NCBI GenBank assembly: GCA_904501985.1
Contig: CAJGCT010000003.1
Coordinates: 4,809-68,808, forward strand
Reading direction: 5' to 3'
Origin: an uncultured Clostridia bacterium
Lineage (GTDB): Bacteria > Bacillota > Clostridia > Oscillospirales > CAG-272
DNA length: 64,000 bases
Shown: positions 53,333 to 62,853 of the stretch, in pieces
Numbering within the stretch: the stretch's first letter is position 1
Layout: each line of letters starts with the position of its first letter
Program-made: the position numbers and the translations under genes
The notes under the pieces: generated by a model
What the model was told of the DNA's origin: nothing
Database searches by the model: none
What the model saw: the letters and a program-made list of their open reading frames with translations, nothing else

Positions 53333-54514
53333 ATGAAGAGAAAGCTTGCAGGAGCTTTAAGCGTTATTATATGCATTGCTGTCGTATTTTCGGTGATAGC
53401 GGCAGTGCGCACGGAGATTTCCGGTAAATCATCGTCCATAATATGCTATTATAACGACCGGGCATGGTCCCTTTCCGGAAGTTACCCCGTAGAGGTAAAT
53501 ACAAGCGGTGTGTACTATGTACCGCTGACGCTGTTTGTACAGCTTCCGGATGTGACGGTGCGTATAAATGAAACGCTTCAGACATTTATAATAACTCACG
53601 GGGATTTGTATCTTTCATTTGATACTGTAAGCGATTTTGCGGCAAATCAGGATAAGATACGCACTCCCATAGCCACCTATGAGCGTCACGGAGAGCGGTA
53701 TGTTCCTGTAGAGATCGTCTGTGCATACCTTGAACTTGGGTTTGAAAAGGTAATAAGTCCTGCCACCGGTGCCGCGGCTATACGTATCACGGACGGTAAT
53801 CAGGAGTATTCGTTCAGCACACTTCTGCGGCGTAAGCACCCCGGATTCTATCCAACCGATACTACAGCACCTCCGGATACAGAGCCTGTAACGCCCCCCA
53901 TAACCGTTACGCCCACTCTTACAGAACGTGTGGTTTATATTACCGTTGAAGATTCGCCCGGAGAATATACAGATAAAATATTGGATGTGCTTGATGAGTA
54001 CGGTTACGATGCCACATTTTTCGTCATTGGAAGCAAGGCAGAGGCGAGGATCGAGACCTTGTCGCGAATAGCCGCAGGCGGACACGCCATAGCACTTCAC
54101 ACAATGGAGCATGATGCATCGCTTCTCACAAGTGCGGATGACATACTTTCAGATATCGAAGCCGAAAATGAGCTTCTTTCAAAAATCATAAAGCAAAAAT
54201 CACGCATATGGCGTGCTCCCGACGGAGGAGACAAGCTTCCGGCGCTTGATAGTGATGCGCGCAGAAAACTTTCGGCAGAGGGATATATAGTTTGGGATGC
54301 CAATGTGGAGATTCCTGCAAATTACGGTCCATACAGTGCCGCAAATGTGCTGATAAACGGTATACGAAAAAACGAGATTTCGGTACTGAGATTTACGGAA
54401 AATGCCAACACTGCCGCGACGCTTAGAAGGGTGCTTGATTTTATCAAAAACAACAGCGATGCCTGCGAGGTGAGAGTTATCTCTCCGGCATTTGAAGAAT
54501 ACACGAAACCCTGA
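53333..54514 (+). CDS. Polysaccharide deacetylase (NodB-type) with N-terminal anchor and copper-amine-oxidase-like stalk domain
   Basis: The NodB region is VYITVEDSPGEYT...ATFFVIG...HAIALHTMEH. A signal/anchor helix is present at the N-terminus. Confidence 0.7.
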   Translation: MKRKLAGALSVIICIAVVFSVIAAVRTEISGKSSSIICYYNDRAWSLSGSYPVEVNTSGVYYVPLTLFVQLPDVTVRINETLQTFIITHGDLYLSFDTVSDFAANQDKIRTPIATYERHGERYVPVEIVCAYLELGFEKVISPATGAAAIRITDGNQEYSFSTLLRRKHPGFYPTDTTAPPDTEPVTPPITVTPTLTERVVYITVEDSPGEYTDKILDVLDEYGYDATFFVIGSKAEARIETLSRIAAGGHAIALHTMEHDASLLTSADDILSDIEAENELLSKIIKQKSRIWRAPDGGDKLPALDSDARRKLSAEGYIVWDANVEIPANYGPYSAANVLINGIRKNEISVLRFTENANTAATLRRVLDFIKNNSDACEVRVISPAFEEYTKP

Positions 54515-54551
54515 ATCACGAACTATAACTTTTAAAAGGAGGGTTACAAAA

Positions 54552-55265
54552 ATGCCCGAAACGACTCAGAAAAAAAAGGTCCTTGTGGTAGAGGATGAAA
54601 AAAATATTGCAATGACGCTTGCATACAATCTCATGAAGGCAGGCTATGCCTATGATCTTGCCTTTGACGGCGAGGATGGACTTAAAAAGGCACTCACAGG
54701 CACATTTGATCTGATACTGCTTGACCTCATGCTTCCCAAGATGGATGGCTTTGAGGTGTGCCGCCGTGTGCGTGAGAAGCTGGCAACTCCCATTATTATT
54801 GCCACGGCTCGCGTTGAAGAGGTGGACAAGATAATGGGACTTGATATAGGTGCTGACGATTATGTAACAAAGCCGTTTTCGATGAACGAGCTGCTTGCGC
54901 GAATCAAGGCCAATATCCGCCGCTCCTCAAACGAGGTTGTGCCTGCCGCCTCTGAGTCCGGCGAAGCTACACTGACTGTGCGCGGTCTTGTAATAGATAC
55001 GGTAAAGTATCAGGTTACACGTGACGGTACGCCAATCGAGCTTACCAAGAAAGAATATGAACTGCTTACATTTATGGCAAAGAATCTCGGAACTGTGTAT
55101 TCCCGTGAACAGCTCCTTTCGGAAGTGTGGGGATATGACGGATTCTTCGGCGACACCTCCAGCGTTGATGTTACTGTAAGCCGTCTGCGCGCCAAGCTTG
55201 AAGCGGATGCGGGAAAGCCCGAATATCTGTTTACCAAGCGCGGCATGGGGTATTATATAAAATAA
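54552..55265 (+). CDS. OmpR-family response regulator (WalR/YycF-like)
   Basis: Receiver domain (VLVVEDE...LILLDLMLPKMDG) and a winged-helix output domain (LTKKEYELLTFMA...VDVTVSRLRAKLE). Start set at ATG 54552 after AAGGAGGG. Confidence 0.85.
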   Translation: MPETTQKKKVLVVEDEKNIAMTLAYNLMKAGYAYDLAFDGEDGLKKALTGTFDLILLDLMLPKMDGFEVCRRVREKLATPIIIATARVEEVDKIMGLDIGADDYVTKPFSMNELLARIKANIRRSSNEVVPAASESGEATLTVRGLVIDTVKYQVTRDGTPIELTKKEYELLTFMAKNLGTVYSREQLLSEVWGYDGFFGDTSSVDVTVSRLRAKLEADAGKPEYLFTKRGMGYYIK

Positions 55266-55268
55266 GCT

Positions 55269-57077
55269 ATGTATAACAGTCTGTATTTTAAAATCATACT
55301 TATTCTCGTTATCTTCATGATAACGGTAATGTGCGTTATCGGTACTGTCCTTATCAATAACGTAAACAGCTTCTACATAGACGAGTTTACCGATCAGATG
55401 GCGCAGAATCTTTCAGAGGACAGTCCGCTTGCGGAAGAGCTTCAAGGTGCCCTTAAGACGGACGACTTTGCCATAGAGCAACTGAAAATACTCAACAGTT
55501 ACCGCGGCGTTTTGGGTATCGACGATTACCGTAATTTCTATATTCTTGATGCCGACGGTGTGTTTCTTGAAGGATCGGATTCCGAACTTGGAAAAAGTCT
55601 GCAAAAAACTGCAAATCTGATCGCCGCCATGCGCGGAAAGCCGGACAACTCTCAGCCGCTTGGCGCGGATTTTGCCGACTATGCGATTAAGCTTGCAGAC
55701 AACGAAAACGAGTGCATTATATATGTCAGAGATTCAATGGAGGAAATGCAGCAGTTTACATGGATACTGTTTTCCATCATTCTCCAGGCACTCATGTTCG
55801 GTCTGATATTTGCCATCATTTTGGCATTCTTCCTTTCAAAAGCTATTACATCACCCATACAGAGTCTCACACGCGGCGCGAAGCTTATTGCGGCGGGTGA
55901 ATTTTCACATGAGCTTGATATTCACGCAAACGATGAGATCGGAAAGCTTACCGACACGTTCAATTACATGAAAAAAACACTCAAGAACACTCTTGAGGAG
56001 GTGTCAGGTGAGCATCAGAAGCTTGAAACGCTGTTTACCTATCTTCACGACGGTGTTATTGCCTTTACAGATGACGGAAAGGTGATGCACATAAATCAGA
56101 CCCTTAAGGATCTTCTTGGCTCAAATTACAGCGACGATTTTAATTTCACAAGATTTATTGAGCTTCTGAACATTGAATACGATCCCGCCGACAGCGTGCA
56201 GTCAGCTGATAAAAAGGACGGCGTTGAGGGGGACGGCTATAACGTCAGCGACGTTATGTTTGACGGAAAGGTGCTTGATGTAAACTTCGGTGACATCAGC
56301 TATGTGGCAGATAATACATCTCATCGCGGTGTGCTTGCGGTAATCCATAACGAAACCGGAAGATATGAGCTTGACAAGTCAAGGCGCGAGTTTGTAGCAA
56401 ATGTTTCTCACGAGATGAGAACGCCCCTTACAAGTATCAAGGGTGCCTGCGAAACTATTCTTTCCGACCCGGATATGGCACCTGACATGGAAGATTTCTT
56501 CCTTCACATGGCAGTGGATGAGTGTGACCGAATGACCAGAATAGTATCTGATCTTCTGGTGCTGTCAAGGCTTGACAACAAGCGCACACAGTGGACAATC
56601 GAAAGCTTTGATCCTGACAAGATACTCACACATATATGTGAGGTTATGCGTGTGGATGCGGAGGCGCATTCACATGAGCTTCGTTATGCTTCAAACGGAA
56701 CACTACCCATGATCTCTGCCGATAAGGAGCGCATTGAGCAGGTTCTTATAAACATTGTATCAAACGCTATTAAGTATACTCCCGACGGAGGAACTATTAC
56801 GGTAAGGGCCGCGGCAGTCGCACAAGGACTTGAAATACGGGTAAGGGATACAGGTATCGGCATACCGAGCGAAGATCTGCCGCATCTGTTTGAGCGTTTT
56901 TACCGTGTGGAAAAATCCCGTACCAGCGAGAGAGGCGGCACAGGTCTCGGTCTTGCTATAGCAAAAGAGATCGTGGAGGCTCATGGGGGAACGATCTCGG
57001 TAGAGAGTGAACCCGGAAAGGGTACGGAAATATCACTGCTTTTGCCACTTGAAACTAAGCTTGAATCGGTGGAATGA
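55269..57077 (+). CDS. Sensor histidine kinase (WalK-like: 2 TM, HAMP, PAS-like, HisKA, HATPase_c)
   Basis: H-box VSHEMRTPLTSIKG, N-box NIVSNAIKYT, G-boxes DTGIGI and GGTGLGLAI. Confidence 0.85.
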   Translation: MYNSLYFKIILILVIFMITVMCVIGTVLINNVNSFYIDEFTDQMAQNLSEDSPLAEELQGALKTDDFAIEQLKILNSYRGVLGIDDYRNFYILDADGVFLEGSDSELGKSLQKTANLIAAMRGKPDNSQPLGADFADYAIKLADNENECIIYVRDSMEEMQQFTWILFSIILQALMFGLIFAIILAFFLSKAITSPIQSLTRGAKLIAAGEFSHELDIHANDEIGKLTDTFNYMKKTLKNTLEEVSGEHQKLETLFTYLHDGVIAFTDDGKVMHINQTLKDLLGSNYSDDFNFTRFIELLNIEYDPADSVQSADKKDGVEGDGYNVSDVMFDGKVLDVNFGDISYVADNTSHRGVLAVIHNETGRYELDKSRREFVANVSHEMRTPLTSIKGACETILSDPDMAPDMEDFFLHMAVDECDRMTRIVSDLLVLSRLDNKRTQWTIESFDPDKILTHICEVMRVDAEAHSHELRYASNGTLPMISADKERIEQVLINIVSNAIKYTPDGGTITVRAAAVAQGLEIRVRDTGIGIPSEDLPHLFERFYRVEKSRTSERGGTGLGLAIAKEIVEAHGGTISVESEPGKGTEISLLLPLETKLESVE

Positions 57078-57151
57078 GTCTGAAAATGGACTTTAGCACG
57101 GATGCTTGCAATGCAAATTTCCCACACCCCGCAGAAAGGAGCGGCACAGTT

Positions 57152-58576
57152 ATGAATAAAACTGCAAAACGGCGTTTTTCAGGTGCTTTTGAGATATTTA
57201 AGACCATTCTGCTTGTCTTGCTTGTTATCTCACTTATAGTCCTTGTGGTTGTATATATACGCGGCATGAAGGTGTATGAAAACACGGTCATGAAGAAAAA
57301 ACAGAACGAGAGCTTTGATAAGCTCTGGAGCGTGCAAAGCGGAATTCAGCCGGAGGGAATCAACAGCGATCATCTGCTGCCCGAATTTGTTGGTTACAAG
57401 CAGTCTACTTTTATGTCTCCCAGGGGATGTGTGGGTGATGCCGATTCGGTGGCTGAGCTGTATGAGTTAGTCAAGCCCTGTATTATTGAACTTTTCGGCA
57501 GTGAAGCGGTTTGCCGCGATCTTAGTATCGACAACGGAGCGGATGCCTTTGAACGGGCGAAAAAAAGCGATGAATTTATATATATCAGATATCATGTTCC
57601 TGTGCTGTACCAGCTAATATATGCTTTTGCGGCGGATACACTTACCGTCTCGGAATCAGATGTGGCTGTGGGCGGCGACGGGAATATAAGTGCGTATGTG
57701 AGTGAGCTTATAATTGTTCCCGATAAGGATTTTGCCGCACATCGCTTTGTTGCCTATGCAAGTGACGGAGCCGGGAGATATTTTGAATTCCGACCGGCAC
57801 AGCATATCGTTACATCCGGTTTCTATATTTCTAAATTGGCGGACGGTGCACAGAATATCGAAGCATACGGATTTGATTTTATAGACGGTACTAACATTGC
57901 CGTCGCGGATGCCGAAATTGAGTGCTCCGTGATTTCAAAAAGCACATCCGATTATTCGGAGCAGGCTGACAGAAATGCGCTTCTCCGTTTATTTAAATAC
58001 AATCCGGACAAGCTGGATTGGTACACAGACGGCGAGGTTGATGTTTACATTGATTCCCACAGTCAGCTCAGAATAGGCGACGGAAGCATATCATTCTCAA
58101 CCTCGGACTCCCTTGAGGATTCAGGTGGGACAATGCGCGGAATCGAAATAGAAACGCTTCTCGGATATACTGGGGACGGTGCTCCCAGCCTTTTTGATAA
58201 GCTTAGTGCTGTAGATAACCTTGTGGGCAGACTTGGTGATATATCACCTTCGCTCGTCGGTGGGGCGGCAACTCCGTGCCTTGGCGATGTGTATGCAGAT
58301 AAATCGCTCCTTACAGTGGAATACTTTCTTACCCATAACAACATTCGTATCGGTACAGAGCCATATCTTCGGGCTGTTATTACAGAGAATACAATATCTG
58401 AAATCGAACTTATGCCGGTTTCTGTTACGGGGACTGAAGAAACAGTGCTTGTACCAAAGCCGATGTACATTGTCCGCAAGCTTGATGTGCTTGGCAAACT
58501 TCCGGAAGGCGCCATAAAGGCAGTGAGTCTCAATTATACGGACGGCAATGCCGAGTGGACGGTTTCTGCAAAATAG
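57152..58576 (+). CDS. Single-pass membrane protein with large extracytoplasmic domain (YycH-like by position)
   Basis: One N-terminal TM helix (FKTILLVLLVISLIVLVVVYI) followed by about 430 aa predicted outside the cell. It is directly downstream of the kinase. Start set at ATG 57152 after AAGGAG. Confidence 0.5.
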   Translation: MNKTAKRRFSGAFEIFKTILLVLLVISLIVLVVVYIRGMKVYENTVMKKKQNESFDKLWSVQSGIQPEGINSDHLLPEFVGYKQSTFMSPRGCVGDADSVAELYELVKPCIIELFGSEAVCRDLSIDNGADAFERAKKSDEFIYIRYHVPVLYQLIYAFAADTLTVSESDVAVGGDGNISAYVSELIIVPDKDFAAHRFVAYASDGAGRYFEFRPAQHIVTSGFYISKLADGAQNIEAYGFDFIDGTNIAVADAEIECSVISKSTSDYSEQADRNALLRLFKYNPDKLDWYTDGEVDVYIDSHSQLRIGDGSISFSTSDSLEDSGGTMRGIEIETLLGYTGDGAPSLFDKLSAVDNLVGRLGDISPSLVGGAATPCLGDVYADKSLLTVEYFLTHNNIRIGTEPYLRAVITENTISEIELMPVSVTGTEETVLVPKPMYIVRKLDVLGKLPEGAIKAVSLNYTDGNAEWTVSAK

Positions 58577-58597
58577 TAAAATGGGAGGCGGAACTAT

Positions 58598-59602
58598 ATG
58601 AATTGGTCAGCGGTCAAAAATTTGCTTATTGGCATACTTGTGGCGGCAAATCTGTTTCTTGTGTTTAATATAGCCCGCCAGGACCGTGCGCGTGGGTATA
58701 TAGATGATGACGAGGTGTTGGGTGCAGTGGAACTTCTTGCCGAGCGCGGTCTTGAGGTGCCGCCTGAGTGCATCCCGAGAGAAAAATTCAAAGCACCCGT
58801 TTATGAGAGCCTGTACAGTGACGAATACTATACCAAGGCGGCGGAAGCACTGAGTGCTTCGCCGCGTGAAGTGTTGCTTTCGCTTCCAAACGGCGGATTC
58901 AGCATAACATCACAAAACGGTGCGGTTACGGAATTTGATGCAGAATTCGGCTTCACTTATTCGAAATATAACAATTTCGATGTGGTCGCATATAATGAGA
59001 TTACAGCCGAAAATTTTGCTTCGGAAGCGGTGCTTTGGGATGATGTGACCTCATCCAGACTTATCACAATGGAAAAACGCGCGGAGGAATTCCTCGGACT
59101 GTGTACGGGAGACAGCGGTGTTCTCGCGGCTGTTGTTACAGACAGCTATTTTGATTCCGAGCGCGGATTTACTTATCTTTTGGCACGTCAGGTGCTTGGC
59201 GGATATACGATCTATTCTCACTATGCGGTTTGCGTTTTTGAAAATGATGAGCTTATATATGCAGGCGGCAGATGGTATTTTGCGCCTATTGACGAAGACT
59301 ATCAAACCGAGCTTGTTGACCAGGTAAACATACTTTTTTCGGACCTTTCCGAGCTTAATGCCGGCTCTGCACAGGGATTCGCTTTATCTGAAGAGACACC
59401 TCACGACACGGAGATGCCTTCAGATGCTTTTCCGGGTGATGCGGTGCTTTCGGCTGTCAGAAATATGCAGGCGGTTTATGCTATATATTGGAATGCCGAC
59501 AAATCTGCCATTTATTTTATTCCGGCATGGCAAATTGACCACTCTGACGGCATGACCCTTGTCTACAACGCTACAAATAGCACCATATATGCGAGAAAAT
59601 AA
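58598..59602 (+). CDS. Single-pass membrane protein (YycI-like by position)
   Basis: MNWSAVKNLLIGILVAANLFLVFN resembles the YycI N-terminus. The extracytoplasmic domain is about 300 aa. Confidence 0.5.
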   Translation: MNWSAVKNLLIGILVAANLFLVFNIARQDRARGYIDDDEVLGAVELLAERGLEVPPECIPREKFKAPVYESLYSDEYYTKAAEALSASPREVLLSLPNGGFSITSQNGAVTEFDAEFGFTYSKYNNFDVVAYNEITAENFASEAVLWDDVTSSRLITMEKRAEEFLGLCTGDSGVLAAVVTDSYFDSERGFTYLLARQVLGGYTIYSHYAVCVFENDELIYAGGRWYFAPIDEDYQTELVDQVNILFSDLSELNAGSAQGFALSEETPHDTEMPSDAFPGDAVLSAVRNMQAVYAIYWNADKSAIYFIPAWQIDHSDGMTLVYNATNSTIYARK

Positions 59603-59830
59603 TAAATCTTCTGTTTAAATGTAAAAAAACTGTTAACACACTTCCATTTTCAATATAAAAGTGTTATAATATATTAAAGATAAGCTTTAATATATTAATA
59701 AAGTGTTAATTGCTTTAGATTTTATATTTGATATACCACTGTGGCATGACCTCGGCGGGTCAATGCCTATTATATATGGCGCGCCGCTATGCTTCGCGCA
59801 TTATTTTACGCCGGGAAACGAGACGAAGAT

Positions 59831-61117
59831 ATGGAAAAAATAATAGTTAACGGCGGCAGACCGTTAGTCGGCTCAGTTGAAGTCAGCGGATCCAAAAATG
59901 CCGCTATCCCGATAATACTCGCGACCCTTGCGGTAGACGATGTGTGTGTTATCGAGAATGTTCCTTCCATTAGCGATATAAGTCTGTCCCTTGAAATCCT
60001 CGCAGCTATGGGATGTCGTATAAGGATGCTTTCGAGAAACACCGTTGAGGTGGATTCCCGTGGAGCAAAGGGCGGCATATCCCCTTACGAGCTTGTCCGC
60101 AAGATGCGCGGCTCATACTATCTTGTGGGCGCAGAGCTTGGACGCTGGGGCAAAGCGTACGTGGGTCTGCCCGGCGGATGCGATTTCGGTGTACGCCCCA
60201 TCGACCAGCACATAAAGGGCTTCAAGGCTCTGGGTGCACAGATAAATGTTGAAAGCGGTTATATTGATGCCAAGGCGGATACGCTTCAGGGCACATCTAT
60301 ATATTTTGACGTAGAGACAGTCGGCGGTACTATCAACGTAATGATCGCCGCGGCTCGTGCCAAGGGCACTACCATTATTGAGAATGCCGCAAGAGAGCCT
60401 CATGTGGTTGACCTTGCCAACTTCCTTAACACCTGCGGTGCAAAGATAACCGGTGCCGGTACTGACACCATAAAGATAAAGGGCGTTGACCATCTTTGCG
60501 GATGCACCTACGCCATAATCCCCGATATGATCGAAGCCGGAACGTATATGTGTGCGGCGGCGGCAACGGGCGGACATCTGAAAGTGACCAACGTTATTCC
60601 CAAGCACATGGAATCTGTTTCCGCAAAGCTTGAGGAAATGGGCGTTAAGATTATTGAAAACGACGATTCCATTGAAGTCATCAGCACAGGTGTGCTTAAC
60701 CGTGTTAATGTTAAGACTGCTCCTTATCCCGGTTTCCCCACCGACATGAATCCTCAGTTCGGTGCACTGCTGTGCCTTGCAAACGGCGTGTCCTGCCTTA
60801 CTGAGAGTATATTCAACAACCGCTTCAGATATGTTGAAGAGCTGAAGCGTATGGGTGCTTCCATAAAGGTTGACGGTGCTACCGCTATAATTGAGGGCGG
60901 ACAGTCCATGTCCGGTGCACCTGTAAAGGCGGTTGACCTGAGAGCCGGTGTTGCCATGATAATTGCCGGAATGGCAATCAAGGGACGCACCGAGATAGAG
61001 GATATCCACTATATCGAGCGCGGATATGACGATGTCGTCGGCAAGCTTCGTGCGGTAGGTGCGGACATAAAGAAGGTTATCGTACCCGATGCCGCGCAGT
61101 TTGAAAAAGCCAACTGA
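59831..61117 (+). CDS. murA: UDP-N-acetylglucosamine 1-carboxyvinyltransferase MurA
   Basis: MEKIIVNGGRPLVGSVEVSGSKNAA, the active-site loop LPGGCDFGVRPID, and a length of about 428 aa. Start set at ATG 59831. Confidence 0.93.
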   Translation: MEKIIVNGGRPLVGSVEVSGSKNAAIPIILATLAVDDVCVIENVPSISDISLSLEILAAMGCRIRMLSRNTVEVDSRGAKGGISPYELVRKMRGSYYLVGAELGRWGKAYVGLPGGCDFGVRPIDQHIKGFKALGAQINVESGYIDAKADTLQGTSIYFDVETVGGTINVMIAAARAKGTTIIENAAREPHVVDLANFLNTCGAKITGAGTDTIKIKGVDHLCGCTYAIIPDMIEAGTYMCAAAATGGHLKVTNVIPKHMESVSAKLEEMGVKIIENDDSIEVISTGVLNRVNVKTAPYPGFPTDMNPQFGALLCLANGVSCLTESIFNNRFRYVEELKRMGASIKVDGATAIIEGGQSMSGAPVKAVDLRAGVAMIIAGMAIKGRTEIEDIHYIERGYDDVVGKLRAVGADIKKVIVPDAAQFEKAN

Positions 61118-61145
61118 TAGGATTATCCGAATTTACTTTGACTAT

Positions 61146-61174
61146 AAAAAGGGTGTACGCTGTGACACCCTTTT
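61146..61174 (+). terminator. Terminator after murA
   Basis: GGGTGT...ACACCC stem (61151-61170) followed by TTTT. It lies inside the spurious N-terminal extension of track ORF 61138. Confidence 0.65.
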
Positions 61175-61185
61175 GGTTTATTAAA

Positions 61186-61941
61186 ATGAAAATTACAAAT
61201 GACGAAAAAATCATAGATATTAACGACGGACTGCGGCTTATTGAGAAAAAAGACGGTCTTACATTCGGCACGGACGCCTATCTTTTGAGTGCCTATGTGC
61301 GAGCACATACACGCGCTGTGGGTGTTGACCTCGGAAGCGGTACGGGCGTTATTCCGCTGCTTCTTCTTAATAAAGGAAAGCTTGCGAGGATGCACGCCAT
61401 AGAGCTGCAGTCGGATTTTGCCGAGCTTATCTGCCGCAACGCCGAGCTTAACGGTCTTACGGACAGGCTCACGGTGCACTGCGCCGATGTGCGCGATGTA
61501 TCGGCAGAAACGGTGGGCGGTACGGCGGATATTGCGGTGTCAAATCCGCCATACATGAAAGTGACAGGCAAGGCTAACGAAAGTGAATACAAAAATATCG
61601 CCCGCCACGAGGTTGCAGGCGGAATAGGCGATTTTTGTGCCGCGGCGTACCGTGTGCTGAAGCATGGCGGACTTTTTTACACCGTGTGGCGGCCGGACAG
61701 GCTCAGCGAGCTTGTTTGCGCTCTTTCCGCGGCAAAGCTTGAGCCGAAGCGCATGACATTCGTGCACGCACGCTCGGAGCTTGCGCCATGTCTTGTGCTT
61801 TGCGAGGCGAAAAAAGGAGCGGCACCGGGGATGTATGTGACGCCGCCGCTTATAATGTACACGGACGGAAGCAATTACACCGATACACTTACAAAAATCT
61901 ACGAAACGGGTGAATTTGATGAGCCTTACAAAAGACCCTGA
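61186..61941 (+). CDS. SAM-dependent methyltransferase, tRNA1(Val) m6A37 (YfiC/TrmN6)-like
   Basis: Motif I VDLGSGTGVI and motif IV VSNPPYM (an NPPY-type amino-methyltransferase). Start set at ATG 61186, downstream of the murA terminator. Confidence 0.7.
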   Translation: MKITNDEKIIDINDGLRLIEKKDGLTFGTDAYLLSAYVRAHTRAVGVDLGSGTGVIPLLLLNKGKLARMHAIELQSDFAELICRNAELNGLTDRLTVHCADVRDVSAETVGGTADIAVSNPPYMKVTGKANESEYKNIARHEVAGGIGDFCAAAYRVLKHGGLFYTVWRPDRLSELVCALSAAKLEPKRMTFVHARSELAPCLVLCEAKKGAAPGMYVTPPLIMYTDGSNYTDTLTKIYETGEFDEPYKRP

Positions 61942-62815
61942 TGTATACTATGCCGATACGTCGGAGGAGAAGAATAAAATAAACGGCGGCACGCTGTATC
62001 TTGTGACCACACCTATCGGAAATCTTGCCGACCTGTCCGAGAGGGCGAAAAAGGTGCTTGCAGGAGTGGATTTCGTTGCGGCGGAGGATACGCGCAATTC
62101 CGCAAAGCTGCTTGCCATTTTCGGCATCAAAAAGCCCATGGTCAGCTACTATGAGCACAACAAACGCGAGCGCGGCGAGATAATATGTGACCGCCTTGCG
62201 GCAGGCGAGTCCTGCGCCCTTGTGACCGATGCCGGTATGCCGGGAATAAGCGACCCCGGCGAGGATATCGTCAAGCTGTGCGCCGAGAGAGGGATTCCTG
62301 TGACCGCAGTGCCGGGACCCTGCGCCGCAATGACTGCGCTGACACTTTCGGGGCTTTTTACAGCGAGATTCGCTTTCGAGGGCTTCCTTTCAACCAACAA
62401 GGGCGAAAGACGGCGGCATCTTGATGAAATCAAGCACGACCGGCACACGCTCATATTCTACGAAGCACCACACAAGCTGAAAGCCACCCTTGCGGACCTA
62501 TTTTCGGCGCTTGGCGACCGCAAAATCTCACTTTGCCGCGAGCTTACCAAGCTCAACGAGGAAATCCTGCGCACTACACTCTCCGAGGCGGTGAATATGT
62601 ACACCGACCGCGAGCCTAGAGGTGAATATGTGCTTATCGTTGAGGGCGCAAGCGAGGAGCAGGCAGCGGAGGGCGCATTCTGGAGCGACATGACTATTGA
62701 GGAGCACGTTGCCTACTACATTGACGGCGGCAAGTCGAAGATGGACGCCATAAAAGCCTGCGCCAAGGACCGCGGCATGGCGAAGAATGAGGTTTACAAG
62801 GTCGTTAATGTGTGA
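61919..62815 (+). CDS. rsmI: 16S rRNA (cytidine1402-2'-O)-methyltransferase RsmI
   Basis: GTLYLVTTPIGNLADLS, AEDTR and DAGMPGISDPG are canonical RsmI (TP-methylase fold) motifs. The start could be 61910, 61916 or 61919. Confidence 0.88.
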   Translation: MSLTKDPDVYYADTSEEKNKINGGTLYLVTTPIGNLADLSERAKKVLAGVDFVAAEDTRNSAKLLAIFGIKKPMVSYYEHNKRERGEIICDRLAAGESCALVTDAGMPGISDPGEDIVKLCAERGIPVTAVPGPCAAMTALTLSGLFTARFAFEGFLSTNKGERRRHLDEIKHDRHTLIFYEAPHKLKATLADLFSALGDRKISLCRELTKLNEEILRTTLSEAVNMYTDREPRGEYVLIVEGASEEQAAEGAFWSDMTIEEHVAYYIDGGKSKMDAIKACAKDRGMAKNEVYKVVNV

Positions 62816-62853
62816 CGGATGTGTAGCTAAACTATCCGATAGGAGATGATTCT

